From the human T2T-CHM13v2.0 reference genome, Homo sapiens, in assembly GCF_009914755.1 (NCBI RefSeq), contig NC_060930.1: a stretch of 64,000 bases of DNA. One strand, given 5' to 3'. Below the pieces are notes generated by a model, which was given only the letters and a program-made list of their open reading frames with translations, ran no database searches and had not been told where the DNA came from. The position numbers and the translations under genes were made by a program. Every line of letters begins with the position of its first letter. Position 1 is the first letter of the stretch. Positions 1 through 11,643 of the stretch are shown one piece after another.

Positions 1-224
1 AGTGGTCCAGTTTCTTTAACAAGGCAAGAAATATGCAAGATGTAGAAGGAGACCACATATTAAATGAGACTTAAGAGGTGTGTCAACCAACCACGGTATA
101 TGAGCCTCTCTTAGAGCCTGACTCACACAAACTATTACAGATCAGATAACTGGTGAAAGTCAAAGACCTGACATTTGATGATACTAAAAAATTATTATTA
201 AATTGTTATGCACTGTATTGGTTT

Positions 225-277
<53 letters not shown>

Positions 278-830
278 GGGTGACCTTATCTTTAGAGACA
301 CTTCTTGAAATACTTGTAGCTGAAATAATGTGATAATAAACTTCTTCAAAAATAGTCTGGTGGATGTGGGCTTAGGGGAAGAGATGGAGTTTAAAGTGGA
401 ACAAAATTTTCTGTGAGTGATATTTGTTGCACAGTGGGAGCAAGAAAGTTCCTAGTGTTATTCCCTCAACTTCTGCAATTGCTCAAAATTTTCCAAAATA
501 AAAGCAGAAACTATGCAGTACAATGAACACGGACAGGCATTTCACAGGAGAGGAATCGGACATGGCCACTAAAAATGTAGAGAGAAGTGAACCTTATTTG
601 ATCAGGGAAGTTCAATTTATCCCCATTCAACTGGCAAAAAGTTAAAAGGTCTTACGATACCACATGTTAGGGAAGACATAGAGCTTCTCTGATACGTGGG
701 ATAGTATGCTCACGTTCTGCTGTTGGGAGTATAAACTGGCACAACCAATTTGGAAAAAAGCTTGGCATGCTCTCCTCAAAAGTTTATGCTCTCCATGTGA
801 ATTCCATTCAATAATTCCATACAACGATTC
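1..830 (+). mobile_element. Highly diverged L1M (L1MC/L1ME-like) 3' fragments
   Basis: Resembles remembered old L1 3' sequence (gagacttaagag..., ccttatctttagaga...cttgaaatacttgtagctgaaat, gggagtataaactggcacaacca...tggaaaa). Boundaries approximate. Confidence 0.6.
229..274 (+). repeat. (GT)23 microsatellite
   Basis: Perfect GT dinucleotide run read directly. Confidence 0.97.
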
Positions 831-1331
831 TATAATTCTATCTCTGGTTGGTTGTGTATGTGTGTGTGTGATGTGTATGTGCTTGTTTATATGTGTATAC
901 ACATGTGAATATACATGCTTGTGTGTATGCATGTGTATACATGTACACACATCTCTTTGCACCCACGAGAAACTCCTGCACATGTACCCGAGGTGTCATG
1001 TATAAGGACGTCATAGCAAATGAATGAATGAAGGGAGGCAGCGAGGGAGGGCTGCCCATGGAGCAGAGATAGAGATGTGGTATGGACCAACCAGTACTGG
1101 ACCTGGTGCACCAGTGTACAGAGAAGCCGCCGTGTGGGGCGACTCTCCAGATAGCAGCCCGTCCCCCTGGTGCCCGGCACTGCCTCAGCAGGTGGCACCT
1201 GCTGGGGTTCTCACTCTGCAAGATGCCTGGGGGACATACTTCCCAACTTCTCTGTGGCAGTTTTCACTTAAAAGGAAACTTGAATATTTAATCCGACCCT
1301 AAGTCAAATCCTTCTGTGCTAGCATGAGGGC

Positions 1332-1712
1332 ATGTGTGTGTGAGTGTGTCTATATGTGTGTGTCTATGTGTGTCTGTGTCTGTGTGTGTGTGTCTGCATG
1401 TCTAATATGTGTGTGTCTGTGTGTCTATGTGGGTGTCTGTATGTCTGTGTGTGTGTGTCTATGTGTGTGTCTGTGTGTCTACATGTGTGTCTGTGTCTGT
1501 GTGTGTGTGTCTGTATGTCTGTGTCTGTGTGTATGTCTGTATGTCTGTGTGTGTGTCTGTGTGTCTACGTGTGTGTCTATGTGTGTGTCTGTGTGTGTGT
1601 CTGTGTGTGTCTGTGTGTCTATGTGTGTCTGTGTGTGTGTGTATGCTTGTGTGTGTATCTATGTGTGTCTGTGTGTGTATGTCTGTATGTATGTCTGTGT
1701 GTATGTGTGTCT
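1332..1712 (+). repeat. Degenerate (TG)n/GTGTCT/GTAT low-complexity repeat
   Basis: ~380 bp of TG-rich interrupted repeat; source of the Cys/Val-rich ORFs. Confidence 0.95.
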
Positions 1713-2291
1713 GAACTTTGTGAAAAGAGGCAATCACATCAGGACAGTTGCAGGCCACAGCGTTCTGTGCTTCACCCTGTCCGGGGTGCTAACTTGAAGC
1801 CATGAGCGGAGCACCCCAGGGAGCTGCCTTCCCATCCGTCTTCTGCCTCCACCCACACAGCAGTGCTGCAGAGCGCTGTTCTTCCACGAGGGAATAGCAG
1901 GGCCTCTAAAAACCCTTTTACAAATGTCGCTTTCATGATCAGGAATCCATTTCAAAGCCAGAGCAGAGCGGGCTCCCCACAAATGGGGGCTCTGAGTTGA
2001 GGGGTGCTGGATGCTGAGGGGAGGGGGCAAAGGGGAGTGATCCCATGAGTCCCGAGAATAAAAGGCAGGGCTGATGGTGCCGTGACTGCTGGGAATCCAG
2101 GGTACCCGTGGCTGTGAGGGGAAGGCGACTATTCTGAAGAGAATAACTTTAACCTCTCATTCCCAGGTAACGCCTGGAGTTGAGGAAGAACTCGGGCTTA
2201 GGGGAAGAAATGGAGTTTAGGTGGAATACAGCAGAGAGGGACCCCTGGGCAGGCCTGCTTCCCCTGACATGACCCAGATCCTGGCAAATCA

Positions 2292-2679
2292 TTATAGTCC
2301 CTTCAGGGTGCTACTTAGCTACTTACCCTAGACTGGGTAGCTTAGCTACTTACCCTAGACTGGGTGGCTTGTAAACAACAGAAATGTAGTGGTCCCAGGT
2401 CTGGAGGCTGGAAGTCCAAGGTCAAGGCACCAGCAGATTCAGTGTTGGATGAGAACCCACTTCCTAGTACATAGACAGCAACTTCTCCCTGTGTCCCCGG
2501 TGGTGGAAGTGGTGAGGGAGCTTTCTGGGGTCTCCTTTATAAGGGCACTAATCCCATGAATGAGGCTCCACCCTCATGAACCCATCATCTCCCGAGGCCC
2601 CACCTCCCAATACCATCACCTTGAGGGTTAGGATTTCAACACGAATTCTGGGAGAGACACAAGCATTCAGACCACAGCA
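2292..2679 (-). mobile_element. MLT1A/MLT1A0 solo LTR (ERVL-MaLR)
   Basis: aaacaacagaaat...ctggaggctggaagtccaaggtcaaggcaccagcagattc...tataagggcactaatccc...cattcagaccacagca matches the reverse MLT1A consensus as recalled. Confidence 0.85.
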
Positions 2680-3779
2680 CAGATGAAATGTCCACAGCAG
2701 GAAGGAACAGATTCCTCCACTGGGCTGTCATCTGAGCTCCTGCCTTTCACGTCAACATTTGTGAGTAGAAAGTAAAGAAAATTGGATCAAATTAACCTGA
2801 AAGAATGAACCAAGGCAAGCACAACAATGAGTCATTAGAAAACACTTCGGGCATAAATAGATGTTCTCTTTTGGCAAATTTCCTAGGTTGGTGGATATTT
2901 TAAGTTTTACTAAGAAAAACAAATGTAAATGTTATTAAGCGGCTGGGAAAAACAAAGCATGTGATATATTTTTCACACATTTTTCTTTGTCCTCCCATTA
3001 AACTCTATGTTCATATGTAGTTTATATTTTACATCTAAAACTTGATAGGATGTTTTTCATTTGTTCTGAGAAAGTAGAAAAGTAGAAAGATACGTTTCCC
3101 ATTGCCACACCTTAGCTGTTTTTAAAATGTTCTCTTCTCTCACACACAATCAATTGAAAGAGCCCTTTCCTTTTTCCTAGGACGTCCTGAGCACTTTGCT
3201 CACACTGTAGGACTCAAAAAGTCTGGGCCATGTCCTGGGATGACCTAAATCAGATTCAAGTCATCCACAGCGCTGCTTGGTATGTGTGCAATTCAAGGGA
3301 GAATCTCCCACACACCTCCTTGCAGACAACTCTGAGATTTGGCTCTTACAAAAGATTAGTTGGGTAAATCACTGTTACAAAAGATTGCCAGAAAGATGCG
3401 CTTTTCTACGGATTATAAAATTGTCCCCTGAATTAAGCTAGGCTTACCATAGCTAGGGTACCACGTTGCCTCACATCCCATAAAACTGTCTTCATTGACC
3501 TCGATTTTGCCATTATACTCTCTGTTTACATTTATGGACCCTATAAGAGGGACATATATGAAATTCAGTACTAGATTTAGTATAGGGCTTGGTCTACTGG
3601 ATTATTGAGGGTACTCTTCATGGGAAGATACAGGAATAATTAACCTCAGACCATAGTTCTCAGAAAGGCTATATTTCTTGTGTTTTAATGTGCAGATGCT
3701 ATGAATTATATAACTGATTATGTTTCTCATTTTACTGAAGCCTCTAGAAAGGTCAGGGTTGAATTCCAAGCCTACCTTT

Positions 3780-4590
3780 AACATAGAAGCAGAGAGTAGA
3801 ATTGTGGTTAGTAAAGGTAGGGAGGTGGGGGTATGGGGAGACCTTGGTCAAAGAGCACAAAGTGTTAGTTATGTAGGATGATAAGTTGTAAAGGTTGTTA
3901 AAGTTGTCAGAATAAAAATGGAGTCACTAAAGTTAAGAAAACCTTGACAAATAGAGCTGGGGAAGGCCAAGAAGAAAAGGTTCTCAGGCTTGTACACCTG
4001 ATAATGAAAAAGACTTTACAAAAACCACAACCTTGCACAAAGGCCATCACAACCTTATACAAAAAAAAAAAAAAAAAATGCTTCTGGAAGGACACCTGCC
4101 CCGAAACTGCCTGTCCAACCTCGGACTGTAGGAACAAAACGTGATGTGTATATATCTACAATGGAACACCGTTCAGCCTTGTTATTGATCTTGTGGCCAA
4201 GAATAATTATTGCAAAACAATTATGTAATCCTCCTCATTTTTTTCTTTAAACACCTCTGTCTTTATCTCCTGAATATATACATAGTTTACTATGGCACAT
4301 GTATTCCCATTGCAATGCTCTACTCGCAAATAAACATTTTCTTTTAGAGAGCCACTGTCTGTTATTAAGGTTGGCAACATCTAACACACAGCATGGAGAA
4401 CACGGTTATTAACATTCTGTTGCGTACTGAAAATTTGCTGAGAGTCCATCTCAAGTGTTCCCACCACCAAAAACAAGGTAACTGTGTGAAGAGATGGGAA
4501 GTGAATTAGACTGTCTGTTGTAATCAGAATACGATGTGTATGGACATCAAAACCTCACACTGCGTATCTTAAATATAACAATTTCAACAC
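3780..4590 (+). mobile_element. L1MA-like 3' end fragment, split by an LTR insertion
   Basis: catagaagcagagagtagaattgtggtta ... ttggtcaaagagcacaaagt; resumes after 4376 with gaaaatttgctgagag...atcttaaatataacaattt. Confidence 0.7.
3896..4376 (+). mobile_element. ERV1-class solo LTR (MER65-like)
   Basis: Starts tgttaaagttgtcagaataaaaatggagtcact, has an AATAAA, ends ttattaaggttggca. Subfamily from memory. Confidence 0.7.
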
Positions 4591-6100
4591 AAAATGTGAA
4601 AGCAAACTGTAAGGATAGGCTGGTGCACTTTGATCTCTTGTTTTATGCTCTGCCTTCATTGTTCTGTACCCTTAATCGGGTTTTTAGTTTCAGTCTATTG
4701 TGTGAGAAGCATTTTAAATTAATAAGGTGCCTCAACTTCCTCTTGGAATGTAGATTGGGTGTAAACATACATCTGTAAATACACATATATTCTGTTAGAA
4801 GAGATGGCAATCAGCTGCAGGTACCTGACAGAATTTGCTACATCAAACCACAGAAACATGCTGGAGGAAAAAGTAAGTACAAACCCATGGATGAGATCTC
4901 ATGATGGAGACAATTACACCTCAGGGTCAGCATGGGGCATGGGCATCCCACCTGTTCCCTCCCAGCTTCAGCACAGTGCTGTGGCCTCAGGGAGTCCTCT
5001 GATGGCCACAAAGTGAGCACAGAATCAGAGCCCAGTGGTCAGAATGGCCCGGAAGGTGAACCTGTCACCTGCAGAGCCTCTTCTGAAAGACCTGCCCTCC
5101 TTTCCCCTTCCTCCCCAACTCCACACCCCCCACCTTCCTGTGGGGACAGAATTCAGGCAAGACTGCCACGCCAGTCCCCAGTGCTAAATGACAAACCACG
5201 TTGGGCTCATGCCGTATCTGCCCTTTCCTTCACCCTTCCTTCCAGAATTCTTTTGCTCTTAATATTTCTAGGGTAGAAGTAGAGCAAGTACTTTATCTAT
5301 GGGAATAAATTTATCACATAAAAATCTAACAGAGCTTGAGATATAAATGTATTCAGTGTGCCTTAAAAGTGGTATCACTGACTCATCAAATTGTCTTGTG
5401 AAAACTGGATATCAAGATGCAAAAGAATACAGTTGGACATACTCTATATCATACACAAAAATTGACTAAAGATAGATGAAAGACCTAAATGTAAGACCTA
5501 CAACTATAACACTCTTAGAAGAAAAGATGAGAAAAGCTTTATCACATCAGATCGGGTAATGATTTCTTGGATATGACGTCAAAGGCACAGGCAACAACAA
5601 CAAAAAATAGATAAATCAGACGTCATCAAAATGTAAAACTTTTGTACATCAAAAGACACAATTAACAAGATGAAACAACAACCCACAGAATGGGAGAAAA
5701 TATTTGCAAATCATATATCAGATAAGGGGTTAATATCTGGAATGTATAAAAACCTCCTACAACTTAATAACCTCAATAACAATAAAAAACCAAATAACCC
5801 AATTAAAAAATAGCAAACGACTTGAACAAACATTTCTCCACAGAAGACTACAGGTGACCAATAAGCACACGGAGAAACGCTCAACATCACGAATCATGAG
5901 AGAAATGCAAATTAAAGCCACAGTAAGGCACCACTTCACTCCCATTGGTATAGCTGCTATCAACGAAGCAGAAAATAGCAAATGGCAAGGATGTGGAGAA
6001 ACTGAAACCTTTGTGGCACTACTGGTGGAAATGTAAAATAGTATAGCTGCTGTGGAAAACAGGACGGTGGTTCCTCAAAAACATTTAAAAATGAATTATC

Positions 6101-6407
6101 GGCCGGGCGCGGTGGCTCACGCCTGTAATCCCAGCACTTTAGGAGGCTGAGGCGGGTGGATCAGGAAGTCAGGAGATGGAGACCATCCTGTCTAACACAG
6201 AGAAACCCCGTCTCTACTAAATATACAAAAAATTAGCCGGGTATGGTGGCGGGCGCCCGTAGTCCCAGCTACTCCAGAGGCTAAGGAAGGAGAATGGCGT
6301 GAACCTGGAGGCGGAGCTTGCAGTGAGCCAAGATCGCGCCACTGCACTCCAGCCTGGGCAACAGAGCGAGACTCTGTCTCAAAAAAAAAAAAAAAAAAAA
6401 AAAAAAA
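6101..6407 (+). mobile_element. AluY
   Basis: ggccgggcgcggtggctcacgcc...gaatggcgtgaacc...gcggagcttgcagtgagcc (AluY diagnostics); A27 tail. Confidence 0.93.
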
Positions 6408-6616
6408 TTATTATATGGTCCATCAATTCCCCTGCTAGATTGAAAAGCAGAGACTTAAACAGGTATTTGTCTACCCATGTTCACAGCAGCTTGACTCACA
6501 GTACTCTGAAGATGGAAGCAACCCAATGGTCCATCAGCAGACGAGTGGAAGAACAAAATGTGATGTGTATATACCTACAATGGAACACCGTTCAGCCTTA
6601 AGAAGAAAAGGAATTT

Positions 6617-6950
6617 GTCTGGGTGCAGTGGCTCATGCCTGTAATCCCAGAACTTTGGGAGGCAGAAGCAGGTGGATCACCTGAGGTCCAGAGTTCAAGA
6701 CTAGCCTGGCTAACATGGTGAAACCTCATCTCTACTTTTAGTATTTTTAATTTTTAATACAAAAACTATCTGGGCGTAGTGGTGGGCGCCTGTAATCCCA
6801 GCTACTCCAGAGGTCAAGGGAGGAGAATCGCTTGAACCTGGGAGGCGGAGATTGCATGAGCCGAGATCGCACCATTGCACTCCAGCCTGGGCAACAAAAG
6901 CAAAACTCCATTTCAAAAAAAAAAAAAAAAAGAAAGAAAGAAAGAAAGAA
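6617..6950 (+). mobile_element. AluS (Sp/Sq-like)
   Basis: Full dimer, cattgcactccagcctgggcaacaaaagcaaaactcc, A/GAAA tail, TSD aagaaaaggaattt on both sides. Confidence 0.92.
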
Positions 6951-8557
6951 AAGAAAAGGAATTTTCACACATGCTACAACATGGAGCCCATAACCTTGAG
7001 GACATTACGCTAAGTGAATATACCAGTTGCAAAAAGACAAATGCTGTGTGATTCTGCTTACATGAGGTGCCTAGAGTGTCAAAATTATAGAGACAGAAAG
7101 TAGAACAGTTGCTGTCTCATTGGGGAAGTGGCTGAGGGAAGTGGAGAACAGAGAGTTGGTTAGTTTTTAACAGGCAGAGAGTTTCAGTGTTGCAAAATGA
7201 GAAGTATTCTGGAGGTGGATGGTGGTGATGGTTGTACAATGATGTGAAAGCCCTGAATACCTCTGACATACTTAGAAACCGTTAAGATGGTACATTTTAT
7301 ATTTTTATAATTTCTTTTTAAAAAAAGCTCATCGCTGATACAAAGTATAAAACATCTCTCCCAATACATGCACAAGAAATGACACATGCAGAGTTCATGG
7401 ACAATTTCCTACGAGGCAAGGGAAGTAAGGCCTGCCCTCTAAATCTGCCTTAGCGTGTGAGCCCACAGCTTTCTGCTGTGGGTTCTGACATTTCTCATCA
7501 CACCAAGCGTCAGTCCTCTCAGACCCAGATCTGAAAGCGGGGGCTGAAACCTGTGTTACTGCCTTAGCTGTCATCTCCATGGCTGTGTGGGATCCCAGAG
7601 CCACAGCCTTCCGTCCTGGCACTGTGTTGATTTTTAAGGCCTTTTCTTTGAGATTTGGGACATTATTGTTTCCTCTTTCCCAGCTCCCCCCTATCAAGCT
7701 AGAGCCCTGACCATTAGGCACTCTGGCCAGACCCAGGCTCTCCCTTGGGCTGGGCCACACGCTGTGGTTGGGGAGTTTCTTCTGCAACGAAGGCCTCCCT
7801 GGACCCCTGACTCACCACGCATGTGGCCAACCACACCTCTGAGGGCCTGGAGCCCAGACCCTCCAGTGGCAGGGGGTATTGGGTCCATCCACGGAGAGAA
7901 CCCCTGATGGAAGAGGCGCCTCCCTCCTGGGCCATCCACACTGACAATGCAGCTGCTCCCTGCCCCCACCTCCTCCTCCACTCTCCGCAGGTGTTGGTCC
8001 TGCGCACCTCACTAAACTTGCTCAGAGGCAGGTTCCTCAGAGGCTGCTCCACGCATCCAGGACCGGAGGCCTCACCAGGGATCCCTTCTCAGATCCTTAC
8101 CCTCCCTGCCATCTCTCTTCTGCTCAGGTCCACAGTGGGTCCGTGGCCATGATGACTATGGAGCTTCTCTACTTCAACTTGAATTTGCCCTTCCTTCAAC
8201 CACTCTGTGTATTTCTACACCAGCATGACACCTTCCCCCCTGCCCCTGCCAGACAGAAAGCTTCAGCTGTAAGGGCAGTGAGGACCAAGACACTCTTGCC
8301 TTGTCCGCACCTCTTCACAGGCTCCTTCTTCCCACAGAGGAAGGCTTGGCCCCCACTGAGAGACGCTCCCTTAGGGAACAGGTGCTGTTCTATTTCCATG
8401 CCGCATTTGCCCTCACCTTCCCTGGGCCTGGGCTCGGTAGCAAAAGACCACAGAGAGAAATTCCAAAACTGAGAATAAAAACTATAACAGGAAATATTTT
8501 TAAACAAATTGTATTTTACCACATCTACATACATACACACAATAACAGAATTACATA

Positions 8558-8822
8558 CTAGATAGATGATAGATACATAGATAGATGATAGATAGATAGA
8601 TGATAGATAGTAGACACATACATAGGTAATAGATATATAGATACATATATACATAGATGATAGACAGATGATAGATGGATAGATAGATGATGGATGGATA
8701 GATAGACAGATGATAGATAATAGATGGATGGATAGATAGCTACATAGATACATACGTAGATAATAGATACACAGATATATGGATGATAGATACATATATA
8801 CATACATGTATAGATGATACAT

Positions 8823-8870
<48 letters not shown>

Positions 8871-8876
8871 TAGATA
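8558..8876 (+). repeat. Compound (GATA)n/(GATG)n tetranucleotide repeat
   Basis: Interrupted GATA array with a pure run of about 11 GATA units near 8823-8866. Confidence 0.95.
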
Positions 8877-9821
8877 ATCTACAGTAGTGAGTTGGTTGCA
8901 TGTTATGACCGAGGAAGAATATAAGATGCATACCAGATTTCTGATTTGGCCTTGAAAGTGACCTGGGAGTATTTTTAATGAAGTAAACAGGAAGAAAGTG
9001 GCTGATGGTGTTGGAATTTGCCTGGCCTGGGAGGAAGAGCTGAGTTAGGATAAGAGGAGTGGGATTTGGACACATTGGCTGTGCTGAGGAAGTTGGGGGG
9101 GAAGCTCCAGGCTCTCAGCACATGTTTGGATTTACTCACAGATGCACAGATAGCAGAGGCTGAGCTGGATTTTGAATCCAGTTTGAATCTACTTCTGACA
9201 GACCCCAGAGCCCAGGCTTGGAACCCCAGGCAATACTGCCCCTGGCTACACCAAGATATTACTCTAGAGACAAAAATGCAATACACTTTTAAGTATAATA
9301 GCCAAAAATGGAAATTCTGTTGGTGTTTTCTCTATGGTAAGTCCGCTCATGTCAAGAGAAACTAACTCCATCTTGAAAATAAACTTTCTGAATCCCTCTC
9401 TTAAGAAGCATGCTGGGAGGTGGCAGTGCCCCACAGTTTAAATGTTAGGAAATGCAGGAGATCCAGAAAATTGACAGATTTATTACTAAATGTTTACTTT
9501 TGATGTTCAATGTCATTAATTTGATCTAACTGGGGAAATTGTCAGAATTAGCGAAGATCATGAATCACTGAAGTATATTTAAATGTCATTTTATTACTTC
9601 CAAGCACTCATAATTAAAGAAACTAAATGTTAGAAAAGAATTGAGCCAAGACTTTAATCACGATACCTTAAAGAGCAAATTTTAATTATAATGTTCACAT
9701 TAAAATGTCTCATTGCAAATAGATCTTGCCAATATGTTTGAAAGCAGCTTGCTCTCTTATGTAAATGCAGTTTAATTTGCTTAATTAAGATGTTTAGCAA
9801 CTTTTTCTTTCATAATACAAA

Positions 9822-10020
9822 TAATCATAATAGCAGACATTTATTGAGTGCTTACTGTGTGCCCACAGTTAGCCAAGCACTTGCATGGTACTACCACATT
9901 TCATCCTCACAACCATGAAGAAAATACAAATATTATCCTACACGTGATGAAACAAGCTTAGAAAAGGCCAAAGTGGTGAAATAGACTCACAGCCAGGTGA
10001 TCTGATGGAAGAAACCATTC
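9822..10020 (-). mobile_element. MIR
   Basis: ataatagcagacatttattgagtgcttactgtgtgcc...tcatcctcacaacc is the reverse MIR core. Confidence 0.75.
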
Positions 10021-10658
10021 TTAGCCAACAAAGGAAGGCATCAGGAACAACAAAGATGAAACTGTCTACATCTACATTAATAGAATCCAAAGCAAGTCAG
10101 TCTATAACTGAATGTGGACTTTTCCTTTATGATGTAATATTTGAAACTGTAACTCCCTAGAGTTTATGTTTTTCTAAGTCAGATTTATTGAAGTTTAATT
10201 TACCTACAGGCGAATTCACTTCCTTTAAGTGTAGAGATCAATGAATTTTTACAAATTTGTACAGTCATGTAACCATGATGACAACCAAGGCATGGCACAT
10301 CTCCCTGCCCTAAACGCTTCCCTCATGTCCCTTTGTCAGTTTCCTCCGGCAGCCCACACATCCTGGACACCACTGGTCTACAGGTAGAAGTGGAGTATGC
10401 AATACATAGTATTTGGGCCTGGCTGCTTTCCTTCAGACTAATTCTTGTGAGATGTACTTGTGTTGCTGCAGTCACCCCTGGTTTGTTCCTTTCATTGCAG
10501 AGAAGTGTCCCAAGTTTAGACGCAGAACACAATCTGTTTATCTATTCACGAGTTTATCATTTGAGCAGGTTCCAGCTTTTTGTGATTATGAGTAAACTGC
10601 TGTAAATGTCCACATTCAGGCATTTTCATGGATGTATGTTTTTATTCCTTTTGCATAA

Positions 10659-10982
<324 letters not shown>

Positions 10983-11138
10983 TGATGCTGTCAGACTTTT
11001 CAGTTTTAGCTACTCTAGTAGGCTTGTATCAGTATCTCACGGTGGTTTTAATCTGCATATCCTAAATGACTCATGATGTTGAGCATCTTTTCACACACTC
11101 ATTTGCCGTTCTCATGTCTTTGTTAAAATGTCTGTTCA

Positions 11139-11410
11139 GCAGGAACAGAAAACTGAATACCACATGTTCTCTCTTATAAATGGGAGCTAAATGATGAGAA
11201 TGGACACAAAGAAAAGAAGGAACAACAGACGTTGGGGTGTATCAGAGGGTAGAGGGTGGGAGGAGAGAGAGAATCAGAAAAAAATATTGGGTACTATGCT
11301 TAGTACCTGGGTGATGAAATAATGTGTACCACAAACCCCCATGACACAGGTTACTTATATAACAAACCTGCACGTGCAGCCCTGAACCTAAAGTAAAAGT
11401 TAAAACAAAA
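11139..11410 (+). mobile_element. 5'-truncated L1PA15/16-like 3' end nested in the L1M
   Basis: caggaacagaaaactgaataccacatgttctctcttataaatgggagctaa...cctgaacctaaagtaaaagtt; flanked by TSD aaaatgtctgtt. Confidence 0.85.
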
Positions 11411-11611
11411 ATGTCTGTTTAAATCTTTTGCCCATTTTTATTGGGTGGTTGTCTTCTTATTTTCTAGTTGTAAGAGTTCCTGATGTAATCCGGATATAAA
11501 TCTTTTATGAGGTATGTGTTTTAAAAATATTTTCTCCCACTCTGGCCAGTATTTGGATTTTTCTGACAGTGTCTTTTCAAGGACAGGAGTCTTTAGTTTG
11601 TATGGCGTCCT

Positions 11612-11643
<32 letters not shown>

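Larger units (their letters stand above)
5385..7315 (+). mobile_element. L1MB-like ORF2 3' end/3'UTR fragment interrupted by two Alus
   Basis: L1 ORF2 C-terminal remnants (aaagacctaaatgtaagacc, gaatgggagaaaatatttgcaaatcatatatc, REMQIKATVRHHFTP) and an L1MB-type 3'UTR (ttctggaggtggatggtggtgatggttgtacaa). Confidence 0.85.

Noticed and set aside
642-1805. Cys/Val- and His/Thr-rich ORFs of 100-157 aa
   Set aside because: Translations of TG/CA low-complexity repeats.
7395-8472. Cluster of 95-130 aa ORFs on both strands
   Set aside because: No recognisable domain or exon structure; expected by chance in GC-rich intron.
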